Below, one piece after another: positions 1-10,847 of a DNA stretch of 64,000 nucleotides. The position numbers were made by a program, and so were the translations under genes. Position 1 is the stretch's first letter; the number at the start of each line of letters is the position of its first letter. The notes under the pieces are model-generated. The model worked only from the letters and a program-made list of their open reading frames with translations. It made no database searches and was not told the DNA's origin. The stretch covers positions 704,001-768,000 of the forward strand of contig OZ244197.1 of NCBI GenBank assembly GCA_965216785.1, in the 5' to 3' direction. This DNA comes from Thermodesulfobacteriota bacterium (GTDB lineage: Bacteria; Desulfobacterota_D; UBA1144; Nemesobacterales; UBA2774).

Positions 1-402
1 ATGAAAGAAGACAGTAAGACAGAGAGGGTTACAACGCGCTCCGAGATCACGTATATCACGAGAAGGCAGTCATTAAGAATACCTTTCAATATGAGGATCA
101 AATACGGCCTGATCAGAAACGATATTTATAAAGAGCACTCAGAGCCCAGGTTGGGCGGATTCGCAATAAACCTCTCACAGGACGGTATTGGAATTGAAGG
201 TCTCAGGGGACTACCTCCGGATTCTAAAATAAGGGCCAGTCTGTTTACGGGCGATTCGACTTTGAAATTTGAAGGAAAAATAAAGTGGTCGGACATGAAT
301 AATAAAGATAAATGTAAAATGGGGATAGAATTTACCGGACGGTCCGACAAAATTAAGGAAATGTACACAAGAACACTGTTTAAAAACCGCTTCGGCCTCT
401 AA
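1..402 (+). CDS. PilZ domain protein (c-di-GMP receptor-like); may be 5'-truncated by window edge
   Basis: RRQSLR (RxxxR) and NLSQDG (D/NxSxxG) motifs, plus GKIKW..GIEF beta-barrel pattern. Confidence 0.75.
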   Translation: MKEDSKTERVTTRSEITYITRRQSLRIPFNMRIKYGLIRNDIYKEHSEPRLGGFAINLSQDGIGIEGLRGLPPDSKIRASLFTGDSTLKFEGKIKWSDMNNKDKCKMGIEFTGRSDKIKEMYTRTLFKNRFGL

Positions 403-444
403 CCAAAGGGGCTAAACATTTGTTTACCTTTAACCGGCAACACG

Positions 445-2148
445 TCAAACGCTGTTACTAATATTCGTAAGCTTATCCTTTATATCGTTAACTCTGCCAA
501 GAGACTCTGTAAGCTTACCCTTTTCCATTTGATAAAAATTCCTGAGCGGGACGAGAGAGTCTAATACCTGCATTTTAATACCGTCTAAATCACGCTCGAG
601 CTGTGAACTCACACTTGTGGTAATCTCCTCGATCAGCGCGTCGACTTTGGTACTGAACTCCTTCATAGCGTCCCTTCTTTTCTTAGGAAGTATTGCAAAA
701 GCGGTGGCCATCAGCGCCAGGGTGGCCAAAATGCCCGTGACATCCACTATGATTGATGAAAAAGCAGTCACGACAGCTGCGCCGAGGGCAAGCGTTCCCG
801 CTTGCACACCGAGAACCGAAGCCACTGCCCCTCTTGCGGAGTCTACAAGGTTGCCCCCCAGGAGCGCCGGGTCAATCTCTTTTCTTTTTTTCTCAAGCTC
901 AGCCCGTACCGTATCTATGAGTCTGGTTCTGTCGTAAGTAAAAGCCGTTCCCGGTGACGAGGATTCGGGTCTTATCGATTCATTATAGAATTCAAGGGCG
1001 CTGTCCAGTAGAGTCCTTGCGGAGCGTTCGGTCCACATTACCATAGCGTCTAGGTCCTTTTCGAGCTCTTCTACTGTCTGGCGGGACACACGGTATTCGA
1101 ATTCCTTAGCGACTTTGGATTTACTCACGAGCTTAAAAATGTTTGAGAACCGGATGAGGTCGTCAATATACTCAATTCCCCTGGTCTTAAACTCGAGGAG
1201 CCTGCTTCTTATTCTCTCTGTAAACTGAGCCGAGTTCCCCACGATTTCATTTCTCATACCTACAAGCTTGGTCTCATACTCACCGAGGCGGGCCTCATCG
1301 TGGGAAATCTTGTCTATGTCCACTTTAAGCGCATCCTCAGTCTCAGAAGATAAACTGGCAGCGAATTGAGAGGTGCTCTTTATTTTCATTTTAATACGCT
1401 CTTCTTCTCCGAGCGTATTGAATATGTAGCTCTCTAGCTCCTTAAACCCGCTCTTTTGATAAAGCGCCTCGTCAGAGGTAGCGCGCGCCTCACGCGCGAG
1501 CTTAGCGGAAACCGGGATCAGCTGCGGCTCGAAATTGAAATTGCGCTCAAGCTCGCCCCTGGTATGACGTATCAGCGCGTCCAGCTCTTCAGTATCTTTA
1601 GCAATATCCGTCTTGTTCAGTAAAAAGACGATGTTCTTAAGCCAATCCTCTTTTATGAACTCGATGAGCTTTGCCTCGCTGCCCGTAACGGCGCGCTCGG
1701 CGCCTATGGTGAAAAACACTATGTCTGCCCTGGGAATAAAATCCTGAGTGAGTTTTTCATGCTGCTCCAGTGTCACGTTGGTCCCGGGAGTATCCACAAT
1801 GTATATACCCTTTAGCCTTTCCTGGGTGAGCGGGATATGACGGGTACCGTCATGCGCTTCCTGCCCACCCGCGTCCCCGTACTTCAGGATCGTGATTTCA
1901 TCGGTTGTGGGAGTAATGCCCTCTGCAAGAATTTCTTCGCCCAAAAGTGCGTTTATGATAGAGGACTTCCCTGTACTGAACTCTCCGATAAATACGATTG
2001 AAAATAAATTCTCAAGGTTTTCCTTTACCGTGAGAAGCTTTTTGAGCAGCGCTTCACTCGACAGCTCTTTGATTTCGACCTCTAGGGATTGAAGGAGGAG
2101 CTTTTCTTCGAGAACAATATCGGAATACTTTTTATCTAGTAATTGCAT
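445..2148 (-). CDS. Bacterial dynamin-like GTPase
   Basis: G1 GEFSTGKS, G2 PTT, G3 DTPG, G4 NKTD; long helical region; hydrophobic hairpin near C-terminus. Confidence 0.85.
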   Translation of the reverse strand: MQLLDKKYSDIVLEEKLLLQSLEVEIKELSSEALLKKLLTVKENLENLFSIVFIGEFSTGKSSIINALLGEEILAEGITPTTDEITILKYGDAGGQEAHDGTRHIPLTQERLKGIYIVDTPGTNVTLEQHEKLTQDFIPRADIVFFTIGAERAVTGSEAKLIEFIKEDWLKNIVFLLNKTDIAKDTEELDALIRHTRGELERNFNFEPQLIPVSAKLAREARATSDEALYQKSGFKELESYIFNTLGEEERIKMKIKSTSQFAASLSSETEDALKVDIDKISHDEARLGEYETKLVGMRNEIVGNSAQFTERIRSRLLEFKTRGIEYIDDLIRFSNIFKLVSKSKVAKEFEYRVSRQTVEELEKDLDAMVMWTERSARTLLDSALEFYNESIRPESSSPGTAFTYDRTRLIDTVRAELEKKRKEIDPALLGGNLVDSARGAVASVLGVQAGTLALGAAVVTAFSSIIVDVTGILATLALMATAFAILPKKRRDAMKEFSTKVDALIEEITTSVSSQLERDLDGIKMQVLDSLVPLRNFYQMEKGKLTESLGRVNDIKDKLTNISNSV

Positions 2149-2266
2149 GGATAATCCTAAGCTAAATTATAACCAAGAAAGGATATTATGAATATTACGG
2201 CGCAATTTAAAGCAGTCAAATAAACTCCTACATTGAAAGTTGTATCGTATATACTTAGAGATCACT

Positions 2267-4504
2267 ATGCCAAACAACTTAAACATCCAACCGGAGCTTA
2301 GGGCGAAATATATAATAGCTGGTATTCTAACTTTACTGTTTCTATTATGCCTGTATGACACCTCTTTAAGCTCGGCAAAAGAAGGAGCAGATGCCACTAA
2401 CATGAAAAAGCAAAACAGACTAAAAGACGAAAAGAGCCCATATCTGCTTCAGCACGCTGATAACCCCGTTGATTGGTACCCATGGGGGGACGAGGCCTTT
2501 GAGAAAGCCCGTAAGGAGCAAAAACCGATCTTGCTATCTATCGGATACTCGACCTGCCACTGGTGTCACGTGATGGAGCATGAGTCGTTTGAAGATGAGG
2601 AAGTGGCAAAGCTGATGAACGAAACTTTTATCTCGATAAAAGTAGACCGCGAGGAAAGACCTGACATTGACAATATCTACATGACGGTATGCCAGATGCT
2701 CTCAAAGGGCGGCTGCGGCTGGCCCTTGAACGTGTTTATGACACCAGACAAGAAACCTTTTTTCGCGGCCACTTACATCCCCAAGGAAACAAGGTTCGGG
2801 AGGGCCGGAATGCTTGACCTCGTGCCGAGAATAAAAGAGCTGTGGGAAAACGACAGAGAAAAGGTGCTTGAGTCTGCGGAGAATATTACAGAAGCTGTTA
2901 TAAAAGCGACCGATGCAACAGAGAGTGGTGAGAGTGAAGACCTGACAGTCTCCACACTGGGAGCCGGATACAATCAGCTCCTTGGAAGATACGATGAGAA
3001 AAACGGGGGTTTTGGAAGCTCCCCTAAGTTTCCAACACCGCACAACCAGCTCTACCTGCTTAGATATTGGAAGCGTACCGGGGACGAGCAGGCACTTGAA
3101 ATGGTAGAGAAAACTCTAGAGCAAATGCGCCGGGGCGGAGTTTATGACCATGTGGGTTTCGGATTTCACCGCTACTCGACTGATCCCGAATGGCTTTTGC
3201 CTCACTTTGAGAAAATGCTCTATGACCAGGCGATGATTGCTATGGCGTACATAGAGGCTTATCAGGCAACTGGCAACAAAGAATACGCAGAAACAGCGCG
3301 TGAAATATTTAGCTACGTAATGAGAGATATGACATCTGAAGAGGGCGGGTTTTATTCAGCGGAAGACGCCGACAGCGAAGGTGAGGAAGGGAAATTCTAT
3401 GTATGGGAAGAGGAAGAGATAGTAGAGGTACTCGGGAAAGAAGACGCTGAGTTGATAATAGGGACTTTTAACGTAACCAAGACCGGAAACTTCAGCGACG
3501 AAGCGTCCGGCAAAAAAACAGGCGCGAACATACTGCATCTTAAAAAACCGATGGCTGAGATCGCGGCTTCATACGACATGAGTGCGCAAGAGTTTAGCAA
3601 GAGAATTCAGACCTTAAGAGAAAAATTATTCAATGTACGTGAAAAGAGGGTACACCCACATAAGGATGATAAGATTCTAACCGATTGGAACGGCCTTATG
3701 ATAGCGTCGATGGCCAAGGGCGGAAGAGTGACGGGCGAGTCTCAATACACTGAGGCAGCGAAAAAGGCCGCGGACTTTATATTGAGCGACATGCGCAAGA
3801 GTGACGGCACGCTCCTTCATAGATATAGGGACGGTGAAGCCGGGATTGACAGTAATATTGACGACTATTCATTTTTTATCTGGGGGCTTCTTGAGCTTTA
3901 TGAATCGACATTCGACATTAAGTATCTTCAGGCTGCTATCGAGCTTCAGAATGAGATGATTGAGCATTTCTGGGACGAAAAAAACTCAGGATTTTATTTT
4001 ACTTCCGACAGCGCCGAAGAGCTCATAGCCCGCCAAAAAGAGATATATGACGGCGCTATCCCCTCGGGGAATTCAGTCGCTATGCTGAATCTTCTAAAAA
4101 TCGGGAGGATCACGGGTAACGCTGAGTTTGATAAAAAAGCGGCAGAGCTCTCAAGCGCTTTTTCAAACACCATTGCACAAGCCCCAATGGCATACACGCA
4201 GTTCCTATGCGGCCTTGATTTCGGTATCGGCCCCTCATATGAAGTGGTCGTGGTAGGCGATCCCGAAAAAGAGGATACGAAGACAATGCTTAGGGCTCTG
4301 AGTCAAGACTACTCGCCTAATAAGGTTGTCCTACTGAAAGGACCTGGGAGCGAATCTGAAATTACTTCGATCGCTGAATTCACAAAAGGTCAGGCTCAAA
4401 AAGACGAGAAAGCTACAGCTTATGTGTGTCTAGATTACGTTTGCAAGCTCCCTACAACGGACGTGGATAAAATGCTCGAGCTATTGGCGGAGGATAAATC
4501 TTGA
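2267..4504 (+). CDS. Thioredoxin-domain / (alpha/alpha)6-barrel protein, YyaL/SSP411 family, with hydrophobic N-terminal extension
   Basis: [49 protein letters not shown] motifs; start placed at first ATG (2267), uncertain. Confidence 0.9.
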   Translation: MPNNLNIQPELRAKYIIAGILTLLFLLCLYDTSLSSAKEGADATNMKKQNRLKDEKSPYLLQHADNPVDWYPWGDEAFEKARKEQKPILLSIGYSTCHWCHVMEHESFEDEEVAKLMNETFISIKVDREERPDIDNIYMTVCQMLSKGGCGWPLNVFMTPDKKPFFAATYIPKETRFGRAGMLDLVPRIKELWENDREKVLESAENITEAVIKATDATESGESEDLTVSTLGAGYNQLLGRYDEKNGGFGSSPKFPTPHNQLYLLRYWKRTGDEQALEMVEKTLEQMRRGGVYDHVGFGFHRYSTDPEWLLPHFEKMLYDQAMIAMAYIEAYQATGNKEYAETAREIFSYVMRDMTSEEGGFYSAEDADSEGEEGKFYVWEEEEIVEVLGKEDAELIIGTFNVTKTGNFSDEASGKKTGANILHLKKPMAEIAASYDMSAQEFSKRIQTLREKLFNVREKRVHPHKDDKILTDWNGLMIASMAKGGRVTGESQYTEAAKKAADFILSDMRKSDGTLLHRYRDGEAGIDSNIDDYSFFIWGLLELYESTFDIKYLQAAIELQNEMIEHFWDEKNSGFYFTSDSAEELIARQKEIYDGAIPSGNSVAMLNLLKIGRITGNAEFDKKAAELSSAFSNTIAQAPMAYTQFLCGLDFGIGPSYEVVVVGDPEKEDTKTMLRALSQDYSPNKVVLLKGPGSESEITSIAEFTKGQAQKDEKATAYVCLDYVCKLPTTDVDKMLELLAEDKS

Positions 4505-4674
4505 GTGGATTATAGGACATAGGGAAATTGTGAATGCTTATTGCTTTTCACATACATAGTCTTATAATGTTGCTAAGAGCAGGAATCTGAACTGCCGTTT
4601 ACATTTAAGCATTTGTATCGCATAAGAAAATTTATTGGCTATACTATAAATGACTTAATTTTTCAGGGAGGAAA

Positions 4675-4845
4675 ATGAGCGTGGCAAGAAAAGGGCGTAA
4701 AAAAATAAAAGATCTCGTCGATATGCTCGAGGATCCGGAAAACTCAGGTTATATAGGCGGAGATTACGAAGATATGATGGAGCTTTTAGAGCAGGAACTC
4801 AACGACTCTGATGATGATGAACAGGATCAGGAAGTAGTGGAATAA
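4675..4845 (+). CDS. Small hypothetical protein, 56 aa, basic N-terminus and acidic remainder (not in ORF track)
   Basis: GGGAGG RBS at 4666-4671; [23 protein letters not shown]...DQEVVE; GTG at 4681 is an alternative start. Confidence 0.6.
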   Translation: MSVARKGRKKIKDLVDMLEDPENSGYIGGDYEDMMELLEQELNDSDDDEQDQEVVE

Positions 4846-6740
4846 ACCCCCTCTTGTGTTTTAATACTATCCCTTTTTAGATACACCATGAGAACAGAAA
4901 CCGCGGCGGGCGTAATGCCGGATACCCGGCTTGCTTGACCTAGAGAGTCCGGGCGGACGTCCGAGAGCTTTTGGACTATCTCTCTTGAAAGCCCCGGTAT
5001 ATCCTCATAGGAGAAACTCTCGGGGATTCTCAGATTCTCGAGCTTCTTAAACTTGTCTATCTGCTCCTTTTGCCTCTTTATGTATCCCTCGTATTTAGCA
5101 TCCATCTCGATTTGAGAAATTACGTCATCTAATATATCCTGGGGCATCGAAGCCTGTTCTATTGAGCCAAGGTCACGGTAAGAAATTTCAGGGCGCCTTA
5201 GTATCTCTTTTAAGCTCTGAGGCTTTTTAAGCGCGGATGAGCCGAGCTCCTCTAAAACACGGTTTATTTGTGGTCCGGGAGTTAGTTTTGTTATCTCCAA
5301 TCTGCTAAGCTCTTCTCTGATGCTATTCTTTTTATCGAGAAATTTGCCGAGCTCTTCATCGGTGTGAAGCCCAAGAGCGTATCCTTTCTCGTATAACCTC
5401 ATATCGGCATTGTCTTCTCTTAAAAGCAGCCTGTACTCTGCTCGTGAGGTAAACATACGGTAAGGCTCGTCCACTCCCTTGGTAACGAGATCGTCGATTA
5501 ATATGCCTATATAGGCCTCTGAGCGGTCAAGTACGAGAGGCGGCTCGCCCTTTACACGAAGAGCTGCGTTAATACCGGCTATGAGTCCTTGGCTTGCGGC
5601 CTCTTCATAGCCCGTCGTGCCGTTTATCTGACCCGCGAAATAGAGATTATCCACAAGTTTTGTCTCAAGTGTGGGCTTTAACCCTGTTGGGTCAACGTAG
5701 TCATATTCGACAGCATAGCCCGGGCGCATTATCTCTACCTCATTCAGCCCCTCTATTGTCCTCGCTATCTCGTACTGGACCTCGAGCGGGAGGCTTGTCG
5801 ATATGCCGTTTGGGTAAATCTCATATGTACTAACGCCTTCGGGCTCTAAAAATATCTGATGCCTGTTCTTATCTGGAAACTTTACTACCTTGTCTTCAAT
5901 CGAAGGGCAGTACCTTGGACCAACGCCCTGAATTTCTCCTGAATAAAGAGGGGATTTGTCCAGGTTATCGCGAATTACCTTGTGGGTGTTTTCATTTGTG
6001 TATGTGATGTAGCATGGAAGCTGAGTGAGCTCTGGTGAAGAATTTGAAAAAGAAAAAGGTTTTGGAAACTCATCTCCCGGCTGAAGCTCTAGCATATCCC
6101 ACTTTATAGTCCTGCCGTCAAAACGGGGAGGAGTACCGGTCTTTAACCTGCCCACATTAAAACCGAGTGATCCGAATGAGTCGGATATACCCAATGCCGC
6201 GGCTTCTCCCGCTCTTCCGGAAGATATCTTGGTGCGTCCGATATGTATAAGACCGTTAGGGAAAGTACCCGGTGTAACCACGACAGTATGGGAGTAAAAA
6301 TGCTCCCCGAGTGTCGTCTTTACCCCTAACACTTTCCCTCCTTCAACCAAGAACCCTTCGGCCATCCTTTGCTTAATATCAATATTGCTCTCTGACTCGA
6401 GTTTTTCCTTCATGTAGGCTCTGTAAGCTTGCCTGTCTGCCTGTATACGGGTTGCCTGTACGGCAGCGCCCTTGCGCGTATTAAGCCTTCTGAACTGTAT
6501 CGCCGCGTGATCGGCAGCCTTTCCCATCTCACCACCGAGAGCATCCACTTCCTTTACCAGATGACCTTTACCGACGCCGCCTATAGACGGATTGCACGAC
6601 ATTAGACCTATGGTATCGATATTTGCCGTCAGCACCAGGGTCTTAAGACCCATTCTCGCCGGCGCAAGAGCTGCCTCGCACCCTGCGTGGCCCGCGCCTA
6701 TTACGATCACGTCGTAAACTTTTCTGTTACTCTTATCCAT
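4827..6740 (-). CDS. mnmG: tRNA uridine-5-carboxymethylaminomethyl(34) synthesis enzyme MnmG (GidA)
   Basis: [62 protein letters not shown]. Confidence 0.98.
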   Translation of the reverse strand: MDKSNRKVYDVIVIGAGHAGCEAALAPARMGLKTLVLTANIDTIGLMSCNPSIGGVGKGHLVKEVDALGGEMGKAADHAAIQFRRLNTRKGAAVQATRIQADRQAYRAYMKEKLESESNIDIKQRMAEGFLVEGGKVLGVKTTLGEHFYSHTVVVTPGTFPNGLIHIGRTKISSGRAGEAAALGISDSFGSLGFNVGRLKTGTPPRFDGRTIKWDMLELQPGDEFPKPFSFSNSSPELTQLPCYITYTNENTHKVIRDNLDKSPLYSGEIQGVGPRYCPSIEDKVVKFPDKNRHQIFLEPEGVSTYEIYPNGISTSLPLEVQYEIARTIEGLNEVEIMRPGYAVEYDYVDPTGLKPTLETKLVDNLYFAGQINGTTGYEEAASQGLIAGINAALRVKGEPPLVLDRSEAYIGILIDDLVTKGVDEPYRMFTSRAEYRLLLREDNADMRLYEKGYALGLHTDEELGKFLDKKNSIREELSRLEITKLTPGPQINRVLEELGSSALKKPQSLKEILRRPEISYRDLGSIEQASMPQDILDDVISQIEMDAKYEGYIKRQKEQIDKFKKLENLRIPESFSYEDIPGLSREIVQKLSDVRPDSLGQASRVSGITPAAVSVLMVYLKRDSIKTQEGVYSTTS

Positions 6741-6874
6741 TATCTAATATCTCACCATGAAAAAATCATATGAATTGTAAAGTTATAAGTGCCTTGCGTC
6801 AATGAATAGTTTTGGTATTGAACCTACTTAGATGGTAAACTGGTTTTCCATTCTATTAGGGAGAATATTAAATA

Positions 6875-7210
6875 GTGCCTACGACCAGAGACATATTCGA
6901 GAAGGTGGATAGAAAACTCAGGGAGCGCTCGCATGAGTTTTCGGAGCTTAGCGCCGTATATAAATTCATACTTAAAGGCCCTGACGGCGGAACATGGATA
7001 GTAGATTTGAGGCAGGAGAGCTACGGTGTAAGAGAGGCTGAAGAAGAGGCGCAGTGTACGTTTAAAGCAAGCGATCAGAACTTTATTAACCTTGTTACAG
7101 GTAAGCTTCGCCCTGAGAGCGCGCTGCTTACTGGTAAGATTAAACTTGCGGGAGACATCGGGCTGGCGATGAAGTTCGGGGAATTAATAAAGGGTTCGTC
7201 TTCGGGTTAA
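6875..7210 (+). CDS. SCP2 sterol/lipid-binding domain protein
   Basis: GGTW.VD, GKL.PE.A..TGKIKLAGD..LAMK pattern; GTG start with GGGAG RBS. Confidence 0.85.
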   Translation: MPTTRDIFEKVDRKLRERSHEFSELSAVYKFILKGPDGGTWIVDLRQESYGVREAEEEAQCTFKASDQNFINLVTGKLRPESALLTGKIKLAGDIGLAMKFGELIKGSSSG

Positions 7211-7266
7211 AGATATAACTCTATTTCTTGATTGGGATTAACCGTAATTTCAAATGAGACTAGGAA

Positions 7267-8136
7267 TTAATAACCATACGCTTTTAAAATCTCAGCATTA
7301 TCCTTTGTAAACGCCTCAAGCTCCGGCTTGTTACGATAAGCGTATGCGCGGCTTTTATTTATATCTTGTGTAAGTTCTAGTATATGCTCTGGACTTGCAT
7401 CCAATCCCACAAATTCGGACAATTTCTCGACAGTGCCTCTGGGCTCATACAGAAAATCCTCATACTTTATCTGAATCGCTCGCTCGCCAAGCCCTTCAAC
7501 GTGCGACCGGGCTTCCTCCATATACTCCTGCCACATCACTAGACCCTCTTGAGGCGAAGCACCTCTTAAGTCTATGAAGACTCTTTTACCCGGTATGAAC
7601 TTCTGCATCAGATAGTACCAGTAAAGACCTCTCCAGCTCCTGTGTTTTTCACTTAAGCGCAAGAGCCCTCTTTTTCTTCGAGTGCTCAGGCTATTTACTA
7701 TATCCATCGGGTGACGGTAAATATGAATTACTTTAGCGTTAGGGAATATATCGAGCCAAAAAGGCAGGGTGAAGGTGTTACGGGGATCTTTCCATCCCCA
7801 CGGTAAATCTAGGTTGGCAGGGGTTCTTAAAGTTAAATACTTACTCAGTCCAAGGTATGAAATCGCTTTATGGCTCTTCATCGTGAAAGTGATAAATTCG
7901 GCAAAGAGTTTGCGCGCCTCACCGTCCTGCAGCAGATATTTAATTGCGCCCGGGTTCTCTAAGCCCCCGCTGCACTGTGCGAGCAGCCAATCGTTTATCT
8001 CACGGAAGAATATTGCTTCATGGTTATTCGTCAACCTACTTCCGCAAAACAGTCCCAGAGACCCGAGCATCCTTGTGAGCATACTCGTGCCGGAACGGCT
8101 CATTCCAATTATTATGACAGGGGGTGAAGACTTCAT
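7267..8136 (-). CDS. Sulfotransferase family protein
   Basis: PAPS-binding GMSRSGTS; WGWKDPR; IYRHP.D...S; IKYEDF motifs. Confidence 0.88.
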   Translation of the reverse strand: MKSSPPVIIIGMSRSGTSMLTRMLGSLGLFCGSRLTNNHEAIFFREINDWLLAQCSGGLENPGAIKYLLQDGEARKLFAEFITFTMKSHKAISYLGLSKYLTLRTPANLDLPWGWKDPRNTFTLPFWLDIFPNAKVIHIYRHPMDIVNSLSTRRKRGLLRLSEKHRSWRGLYWYYLMQKFIPGKRVFIDLRGASPQEGLVMWQEYMEEARSHVEGLGERAIQIKYEDFLYEPRGTVEKLSEFVGLDASPEHILELTQDINKSRAYAYRNKPELEAFTKDNAEILKAYGY

Positions 8137-8281
8137 TGCTATATCCTGAAATTACACTATATCGCTGGGAATGACAATGCCGAATATGGCAAAGCTCCGC
8201 AACAGGATTGAGATGTTATAAATGTTGATGGAATTGAAGCTAAGGCAGCCAAACAGCCCTTGGAGCGCTAAACGCCCCCCT

Positions 8282-9487
8282 TTATCTGGCTAAGAAACTT
8301 CTTAGAACATCACCCATATCGGATGCAGCCAGCTTCTCAAGAGCTCTTTTTTCAATCTGCCTAATACGCTCCCTTGTGAGGTCAAACCTTCTTCCAATCT
8401 CATCGAGCGTGTAAGTGCTGTCCTGGTCTATACCGAAGCGTAGCCTTATTATCTCTTCCTCTCTCGGGGTCAGCACGTTCAGCGCATCTCTGATTTCATG
8501 AGTAAGCGCAGTCGTGGCCATAACCGAATCGGGAGCGGGTGAGCTATCATCGGAAATGAAATCCAGAAGAGTTGTCTTCTCTCCGTCTAAAATAGGCGTA
8601 TCGAGCCTGGCAGCGTCGTTGGTCGACTCAAGTATCCTCTTCACTCCCTCAACCGAAATGCCCGCAACCTCGGCTACTTCATCCGGCAGGGGCTTTCTTC
8701 CCATTTCCTTATGTAGTAAAGAGCTTATTCTGTAGACTTTGCTTGCCTGCTCGAGAACATACACCGGGACTCGAATGGTGCGTGTCTGATCCAACAGCGC
8801 CCTTGAAATCGCCTGGTGTATCCACCACGAAGCATAGGTGGAAAACTTGTAGCCCTTAGTATGGTCGAACCTTTCGACCGCTCTCATAAGACCGACATTC
8901 CCTTCCTGGATTAGATCCGTTAACGGAAGCCCGCGGCCCATGTAGCGTTTCGATATACTCACTACTAGTCTTAAATTGGCTTTTACAAATCTTTCTTTAA
9001 GCTCTGCAGCACGTCTTGAAAATACACCTATAAAAGTGCTCAGGCTGTCTATTCTTTTTGTTAAGTCTTTTTCACTGACGCGGTTTTTAATATTTCCGTT
9101 TTTATTCCTTTTAATAAGGCTTTCTCTTCTCTTATTCAACTTATCAACATGTATGGTAAACGCAAAAGACTTAGCCTCGCACTTCTTTATCTGAGCAGAG
9201 ACTTCCACCTCTTCCTTCGCAGTTAACAGAGACTCGATAGCCATGTCCTTAAAATACACATAAAGAAGCCTGAACTGTTCATCAGGCGTCCATTCCTCTT
9301 CTTGGTTAGTCTCTTTAGGCAAATTGGCTTCGACCTCGAAACCGAAATCGGAGTCGTCACTATCGATCGCTACATCACCACCCAAACCAATTGACGAATA
9401 GGACTCGTTATCCTGTGAATCGAAATTCTCCATAGTCTCCATATCGGAGCTTACCTGCTGAACATCTCTGTATTTTCCTGACTTCAT
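8282..9487 (-). CDS. RNA polymerase sigma-70 family factor, RpoD/SigA-like (probably non-primary)
   Basis: ANLRLVVSI.KRY, DLIQEGNVGLMRAVERFD, KFSTYASWWI, TRERIRQIE. Confidence 0.92.
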   Translation of the reverse strand: MKSGKYRDVQQVSSDMETMENFDSQDNESYSSIGLGGDVAIDSDDSDFGFEVEANLPKETNQEEEWTPDEQFRLLYVYFKDMAIESLLTAKEEVEVSAQIKKCEAKSFAFTIHVDKLNKRRESLIKRNKNGNIKNRVSEKDLTKRIDSLSTFIGVFSRRAAELKERFVKANLRLVVSISKRYMGRGLPLTDLIQEGNVGLMRAVERFDHTKGYKFSTYASWWIHQAISRALLDQTRTIRVPVYVLEQASKVYRISSLLHKEMGRKPLPDEVAEVAGISVEGVKRILESTNDAARLDTPILDGEKTTLLDFISDDSSPAPDSVMATTALTHEIRDALNVLTPREEEIIRLRFGIDQDSTYTLDEIGRRFDLTRERIRQIEKRALEKLAASDMGDVLRSFLAR

Positions 9488-9611
9488 TCTCGCACCTTCT
9501 ATTCCAAAGAATAATTTTCTTGAGATTAATTGTACTGCAATTTTTCAAAATATGTATTAAATTAGCTCACACCCATCACATAAAAAGCAAAATCTGCAGA
9601 ACAACCTTATT

Positions 9612-9640
9612 ACTATACGGCTTAGATATCAAAAAGTCAA
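9612..9640 (-). promoter_or_regulatory. Sigma70-type promoter for the sigma factor gene
   Basis: Minus strand TTGACT-17 nt-TATAGT. Confidence 0.6.
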
Positions 9641-9776
9641 GTACTTTTGTTCGCAGATGCAAAAAAACGGCTGTTTCTTAAAATTTGCAGTAATTACAAG
9701 CAATAACAAGGGGAAAACAATGTATATTTACGCATTAGCTAACAAAAAATACGAGATATTGCACACTTAAACATTT

Positions 9777-10553
9777 CTACTGTTCCGATATTTCCTGCTG
9801 ACCCCATGATTCATTAAATACGGTTCCCTGCTCAATTGTTTCAACATAAGCCTCTAAGCCTTCTCTATTTTGAAAATAAGAGGCATAGCTCCACGCCTGA
9901 TCGATAGTATTAAACTTGCCTATTTTGACCAAGTTCCACTTTTCTCCCCTAGAATTTTCAATAGGGACGAGATAGGCTTCATAACCTTTAGATTTATATC
10001 CATCTACAACACCCTGAGCTTCTTCTGCAGTCGAAAATGCGCCTACTTGAAGAGTGTATCCGTTTGTTGAAGTAACGGTGTCCTCAAGCGCAGCATCGTG
10101 CTCGTTGTCAGGCTCAACCGTAAGATTATTAGCCGCCAGAACCTCTTGGGGAACATTATCTGCATCACTTATAACCAACATTTGATCTACTTCGTCCGGA
10201 GCCTCAATCTGGGAACTAGCTGTGTCTCCTGCTAATTCGTCACCAAAGAGCCCTTCTTCGGCTAAACTCTCTTGAGCTTGTGTTGCCTCTGAACCTTCAC
10301 TATATAGAATATCCCTTTTTTCATCCCCGGAGTCATTCTGCTCAGCGGATACAGCCAGCTCCTCTATAGTGCTAACAGGCTCTGGGTTTTGCGTTCTTAC
10401 CTCCGGCGTCCCGGTCCCTAATAGATAATCACCGTATTTGTAGCCTGCGTAAAAACCTAGTGCGAATATAACCAGCACAGTGATAAAAGTACCGAAACCC
10501 CGCCTCTTTTTGCCCGGGCTTGTAATAATAAGTCTAGGTTTTAACTCTGCCAT
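9777..10553 (-). CDS. SPOR domain (peptidoglycan-binding) membrane protein
   Basis: N-terminal TM helix, acidic linker, C-terminal YTLQVGAF...G.EAY...W..VKIG.F SPOR pattern. Confidence 0.85.
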   Translation of the reverse strand: MAELKPRLIITSPGKKRRGFGTFITVLVIFALGFYAGYKYGDYLLGTGTPEVRTQNPEPVSTIEELAVSAEQNDSGDEKRDILYSEGSEATQAQESLAEEGLFGDELAGDTASSQIEAPDEVDQMLVISDADNVPQEVLAANNLTVEPDNEHDAALEDTVTSTNGYTLQVGAFSTAEEAQGVVDGYKSKGYEAYLVPIENSRGEKWNLVKIGKFNTIDQAWSYASYFQNREGLEAYVETIEQGTVFNESWGQQEISEQ

Positions 10554-10628
10554 GAGAATCCTCGACTATATTCAATATAATTATCTCAAACATACCGCCG
10601 TAATAATTGAGATTTGAATAACTTATAT

Positions 10629-10716
10629 TGGTGCCGAAGGGGGGATTTGAACCCCCACGAGCTAATGCCCACTGGAACCTGAATCCAGCGCGTCTACCAT
10701 GTTCCGCCACTTCGGC
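10629..10716 (-). tRNA. tRNA-Leu (anticodon CAG)
   Basis: Minus strand GCCGAAGTGGCGGAACATGGTAGACGCG-CTGGA-TTCAGGT-TCCAG, long variable arm, GGGGGTTCAAATCCCCC, ends CTTCGGCACCA. Confidence 0.97.
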
Positions 10717-10847
10717 GTTGGTTAACTAAACCCATTACCCGCTCGTAATATTATCACACTTGGATAGCGCTCGCTAGTGGCTACTACAGCGTTTTGATTA
10801 AAAACTGCGAGCAATATATATTGCTAGAGCTATAGGAGGCCTTCTGA

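Noticed and set aside
445-2148. Dynamin-like gene as part of a defence island
   Set aside because: Single gene with host-like composition and housekeeping neighbours; no supporting context
8137-8281. c-di-GMP-I riboswitch-like GGCAAA stretch
   Set aside because: Lacks the GAAA/GACGCAAA architecture and is on the wrong strand for the adjacent genes
10629-10716. tRNA-Leu as an integration site for an island
   Set aside because: No integrase nearby and no duplicated tRNA 3' end noticed in the window
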